Shown here in pieces: positions 53,081 through 56,945 of a stretch of DNA of 56,945 nucleotides. This DNA is from Nitrososphaeria archaeon. Its GTDB lineage: Archaea > Thermoproteota > Nitrososphaeria > JACIWG01. A model generated the notes under the pieces. The model searched no databases. It was given only the letters and a program-made list of their open reading frames with translations, and was not told the DNA's origin. Every line of letters begins with the position of its first letter. Position 1 is the stretch's first letter. The DNA is taken from assembly GCA_029776125.1 (NCBI GenBank), contig JARVJS010000014.1:1-56945 (forward strand), in the 5' to 3' direction. A program made the translations under genes and the position numbers.

Positions 53081-54329
53081 TTAAAGGTAAAGTAGCATCA
53101 ATACCCATTTTTGAAGTTTTACCCGTCTTAAAGGTTGAGGGGTCTAAGCTTGACCCGTGTTGGTCCCTTAAGATAACTAATCCCTTATCAGCTTGAAAAC
53201 GTGTTGCAATTGCCCATTCAACTTCTTCTATTTTATAAGGGTCTATGTCCTCATCTACAACTATTACCAACTTTATCGAATGCACGTTTTCGAAAATGTA
53301 TTTGATTGTATTTTTTCCATCTTCTTCATTTGTTTTCTTAATACTTATTATACAATGAAAATAGGCACATCCACCATTGGTTAAGTTTACTTTTTTAAAA
53401 TTAACGCCTTTCTTTCTTAGTACATTTATTATTTTTATTTTTTGAGGTAAACCCATAAAAAGTTTATGTTCATTACTAGCTGGTAAAAGTGCATGAAAAA
53501 TAATATCTTCTTCTCTAGGAATAAGCATTTTAGTAAATTTTATTATAGGTTCCTCACGTACAATATCATATGTGCCTGTTATATCTGTAAACGGCCCCTC
53601 TTTACTCCTTTGTTTTAAATCTATTTCTCCCAAAAGAATAACCTCCGATCCCATTGGAACTTTTATTCCATTTTCAGTTCTAACTAATCTAAGTTTTCCA
53701 TTAAAAAATGAATTAGCTAAATTATATTCAGAAACCCCATAATCTAAAGAAAGACTAGCTGCTAAGAATATCGCGGGGTGTACACCTATAATAACTGCAA
53801 CTTCACTTTTTCCACCCTTTTCATTTAATATTTTAAATAAATTCCTAGGTAAAATTCTGATCGTGCCAAAATCTTTTCCGATAACCATTATTCTATGTAC
53901 AGATAAATTTTCTTCATCAGAATTGGGAAATTGGCAAACAACTATTGAAGAAGTAATATAGTGCCCTCCATCTTTTTTATAATATTTTGGAATTGGCAAT
54001 TTACTTAAGTCTACTCTTTTTTCAACCCATTCCCCTTCATTAAAAATATTAATTGGTTTTTTTGGATTTGAATAAAAATTTATTATCTTATCAGTTAACT
54101 CGCTTTCACTTATATTTAATGTATCTATCAAATTTTTTAACTTTGGGCAAAGGTTTCCTACAATTTTAGTGTTTTCAAAATTTTTAATTTTATTAAAAAG
54201 CACAGGCGTTTCTTGATTGTAATAAAGTATTCTTGGAACATCTTTATCCTTGTCTACAGATTTTTCAATTATCTCAACTTTACCTTTTTCTATAAGGTCA
54301 TAAATGTATTTTCGGTAACTGTCTTCCAT
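53037..54329 (-). CDS. UbiD-family decarboxylase (candidate anhydromevalonate phosphate decarboxylase)
   Basis: 430 aa with UbiD-like length and blocks (GGHYITSSIVV, FTDITGTYD, ATRFQADKGL). Its operonic position with the AcnX subunits suggests the modified archaeal mevalonate pathway. Confidence 0.7.
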   Translation of the reverse strand: MEDSYRKYIYDLIEKGKVEIIEKSVDKDKDVPRILYYNQETPVLFNKIKNFENTKIVGNLCPKLKNLIDTLNISESELTDKIINFYSNPKKPINIFNEGEWVEKRVDLSKLPIPKYYKKDGGHYITSSIVVCQFPNSDEENLSVHRIMVIGKDFGTIRILPRNLFKILNEKGGKSEVAVIIGVHPAIFLAASLSLDYGVSEYNLANSFFNGKLRLVRTENGIKVPMGSEVILLGEIDLKQRSKEGPFTDITGTYDIVREEPIIKFTKMLIPREEDIIFHALLPASNEHKLFMGLPQKIKIINVLRKKGVNFKKVNLTNGGCAYFHCIISIKKTNEEDGKNTIKYIFENVHSIKLVIVVDEDIDPYKIEEVEWAIATRFQADKGLVILRDQHGSSLDPSTFKTGKTSKMGIDATLPLNAKKSNFKRAQINE

Positions 54330-54407
54330 ATTCTTAAAGATTAACTTGATTATTTAAAAACATAACTTTAAGCGCTTGGTGAATAAATATTTTTCTAAAA
54401 TTATATA

Positions 54408-56294
54408 GTGATGTCCTATTTCCCATATCAATATTATCGTGAGGGCCAACTTGAATCTATAGAGGTTATAAAATCATGCATAGAGAACAAACAAAACCTT
54501 ATTTTTGAAGCTACAAGTGGGTACGGAAAAACTGTTTCAGCTCTCTCAGCATCTCTTGAAGTAGCTGAGAAACTTAACCTTTCTGTATTATATCTGTGTA
54601 GAACAAAGCGTGAAATCGAGCATGTTATAGACGAGACTAAAAAGATTCAAAAAAGAAAGCATTTTCCATTCTCATTTTTATTTTCAAAAAATGAGCTTTG
54701 TCTATTTTACCAGTCACAGAATTTGGATAATTTGTCACTAAATATTTTGTGTAAATATGTAAATACATTCAATCTATGCTATTATAAATCCAATTGCTAT
54801 TTTCTTGATCAGCAGATTTTATCCAAAATTATATTTAATACAGAAAATCTAGAATCGCTTTTATTACAAGCTAAAATTTATCATGTATGCCCATATGAAC
54901 TTTTAAGAAGATTATCTCTCTCTTCAAGGCTATGTATTATGACATATAATAGCTTTTTACAAGATTTACTCTTCTCCAATTTTATTTTATCTTCACAAGG
55001 TTATTCAAAGACTATAATCATCCTTGATGAGTGCCATAACTTACTAGATATTTTATCGGAAATCTTTACATTTAAAATAAAAGAAAAGGATATTGAGCAA
55101 AGTATAAGTGAGGCACAACGGCTTGGTTTACATAAATTAGTTGGATGGCTTTCTTCCCTTTACCCCTTATTTAATAGAATTTGTTTTATTGTTGATAAAA
55201 TTTCTGCGCATGATAAATCTCTTATTAAAAGTGAACTAAAATCATTTAATCTTGACAAAATAAATGATTTGCAAAATATGCTTTCAAGTTGTTTAAGCAC
55301 CGTATTTATCACTTCCTATAAAAGTCTCCCTTACGTAGCAAAAAATCTTATAAAAATACATACTTTTTTGAACTATCTTCTCCTTTATCTCAATCGTCAA
55401 AATATTTTATTATATGTTGACACTAATTGTAAAGAAAAAATACTTACCTTCATTAATGTTGATCCGACAATAGAATTTAGTTTTCTTTTAAATAAATTTT
55501 GGTCTTTCATAATGATGTCTGCAACAATAGGTTCACCTAAAATCTATTCAACAATATTAAAACTTGATCCAACTAAGACAAAATATTACTCAATCAGTTC
55601 ACAAGATTTAATTAAAAAAATACAGATTATTATTGATACCGGATTAACAACAAAATATAAAGAGCGAACAGTTGATCTGTTCAAAAAAATTGCCGGACGT
55701 ATCTACAATATATGTACCATTTTGCCTGTAAATATAGGTGTGTTCTTTTCATCATACAAAGTTCTTAAAGAGACAGAAAAGATACTCTTTACAGCATATG
55801 ATGTTAAACGTCCTTTTTTTAAAGAATCACCTAGCATGACATTAAAGGAAGCAGATAAAATTTGTTCAAGTTTTAAAAGCTATAAAAATAAAGGTGCATT
55901 ACTCTTTGCTGTCCAAGGAGGTCGTTTTTCTGAGGGGGAAAACTTTCAAGGAGGTGAAATGCGTTCAGTAATAGTTGTAGGTCTTTCTTTACCCCCTCCT
56001 ACTAAACAAATCTTTTTGAGAATGAGTTATATAAAAAGGACATTTTCCCAAAATGCTTTTCTAATTTCTATGCTAGAGCCCGCGATTAAGAAAGCAGTAC
56101 AATCAATTGGTAGGGTCACAAGAAACACTTCTTCCTCTATAGTTTTCTTGTTAGATTCAAGATTCGCTTCAAAGTCTATTTTTGGACTATTACCTGAATG
56201 GATTCAGAAAAATGCTATATGCACAAATTTAGATGATAATAAAGTAGAAAAGTTGCTAAATAACTTTTCTTCCTTCTCTTTGCAAGATTTTTAA
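54408..56294 (+). CDS. xpd: XPD/Rad3-family Fe-S helicase
   Basis: 628 aa. Walker A EATSGYGKT, DEAH-like LDECHN, and a four-Cys region between them (ELCLFY...LCKY...LCYYKSNC...VCPYE). The C-terminal motif VI-like block is QSIGRVTR. Confidence 0.85.
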   Translation: MMSYFPYQYYREGQLESIEVIKSCIENKQNLIFEATSGYGKTVSALSASLEVAEKLNLSVLYLCRTKREIEHVIDETKKIQKRKHFPFSFLFSKNELCLFYQSQNLDNLSLNILCKYVNTFNLCYYKSNCYFLDQQILSKIIFNTENLESLLLQAKIYHVCPYELLRRLSLSSRLCIMTYNSFLQDLLFSNFILSSQGYSKTIIILDECHNLLDILSEIFTFKIKEKDIEQSISEAQRLGLHKLVGWLSSLYPLFNRICFIVDKISAHDKSLIKSELKSFNLDKINDLQNMLSSCLSTVFITSYKSLPYVAKNLIKIHTFLNYLLLYLNRQNILLYVDTNCKEKILTFINVDPTIEFSFLLNKFWSFIMMSATIGSPKIYSTILKLDPTKTKYYSISSQDLIKKIQIIIDTGLTTKYKERTVDLFKKIAGRIYNICTILPVNIGVFFSSYKVLKETEKILFTAYDVKRPFFKESPSMTLKEADKICSSFKSYKNKGALLFAVQGGRFSEGENFQGGEMRSVIVVGLSLPPPTKQIFLRMSYIKRTFSQNAFLISMLEPAIKKAVQSIGRVTRNTSSSIVFLLDSRFASKSIFGLLPEWIQKNAICTNLDDNKVEKLLNNFSSFSLQDF

Positions 56295-56753
56295 AGCTGA
56301 AATTTTATCTTTTTCCTTACCTTGTTTCCCTTTTAATTTTATATTTTTTGTTGTCTTTTTTTCATCAATAAAATAAATCTCTATTTTATCGAATCGTGCT
56401 TGTAATATCTTTTTCAATTCATCCGCACTTTTTAAATTTCCGCATCCTATCTTAACAATTTTCCTGTTATCTTCAAATTCCTTTAATATTCCAACTATAA
56501 AATATATTGCATTTTCCCATGGCGAAATTACTTCATTTAAAATAAGTTTTTTTCCATAATAAAGTGCCACACCCGTTCTTTCCCCCGGATCAACGCCTAG
56601 AAATATCGTTTCTTTTTTAAATAATTTTTGAACAATTTTTTTAAAATCTAGATTCGGTTCAAATGTAATCTCATTTACATTTAAAATATCCTTCTTATAT
56701 TTATTTTCATCATCCGTGATTATTATATCTGCATCTTTGGGGTGATCAACCAA
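56256..56753 (-). CDS. RNase H-fold nuclease, YqgF/RuvX-like (hypothetical)
   Basis: 165 aa. IFLGVDPGERTGVALY resembles the RuvX/RuvC first-strand Asp motif. FIDEKKTTKN and KDKISALKILQ resemble the later DE..T(T/S) and D..AA.IL blocks. Confidence 0.4.
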   Translation of the reverse strand: MVDHPKDADIIITDDENKYKKDILNVNEITFEPNLDFKKIVQKLFKKETIFLGVDPGERTGVALYYGKKLILNEVISPWENAIYFIVGILKEFEDNRKIVKIGCGNLKSADELKKILQARFDKIEIYFIDEKKTTKNIKLKGKQGKEKDKISALKILQREGRKVI

Positions 56754-56945
56754 ATTGAAGTATATATTTTTATTTTTAAAAAGGGCTTTTAAGTAATATA
56801 TTACTCTAGTGTTACTATTATCATCGAAATATATATTGAGTCCACTTGGGTATACTATCGCCTGGGGTTCCCGAGCGGCATCTTCGATGGGGTGGGGACT
56901 TTTCTGGCGCTCCAGGATATCTGTCTGGATTTGCCGAGCATGCGC

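Overview
This window is an AT-rich archaeal chromosome segment (about 30% GC by eye on sampled lines), dense in information-processing genes. These include RPA, both PolD subunits, Orc1/Cdc6 beside an ORB-bearing oriC, Elf1, Hef, PriL/PriS, a GINS-like gene, PCNA, XPD, aIF2-alpha, Nop10, L44e, S27e and Sec61-beta. Also present are AglB, SHMT, Tmk and an AcnX/UbiD modified-mevalonate cluster. PolD together with Elf1 suggests a non-crenarchaeal TACK or Thaumarchaeota-like host; this is inference only.

The main non-core feature is a roughly 23-kb, much GC-richer block (about 50% GC) at 16485-39481. It sits at the 3-prime end of an intron-containing tRNA-Ser(CGA), is bounded by a 16-bp direct repeat, and starts with a tyrosine integrase. 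I read it as an integrated plasmid or virus-like element of unrecognised family.

The element carries:
- a P-loop (SF3-like) ATPase operon, with iteron triplets and a hairpin-rich candidate origin;
- a ParB-like gene heading a seven-gene operon, with four 22-24-bp palindromes embedded in its own coding sequence (a candidate centromere) and no ParA;
- two large beta-helix/PKD surface proteins;
- a YdjM(DUF457)-coiled-coil-HEPN fusion and a second HEPN-motif protein;
- a wHTH regulator split by a C8 homopolymer frameshift;
- several recurring palindromic motifs.

No capsid, terminase or CRISPR features were recognised. All functional calls rest on motifs read by eye from the translations. No database search was run.
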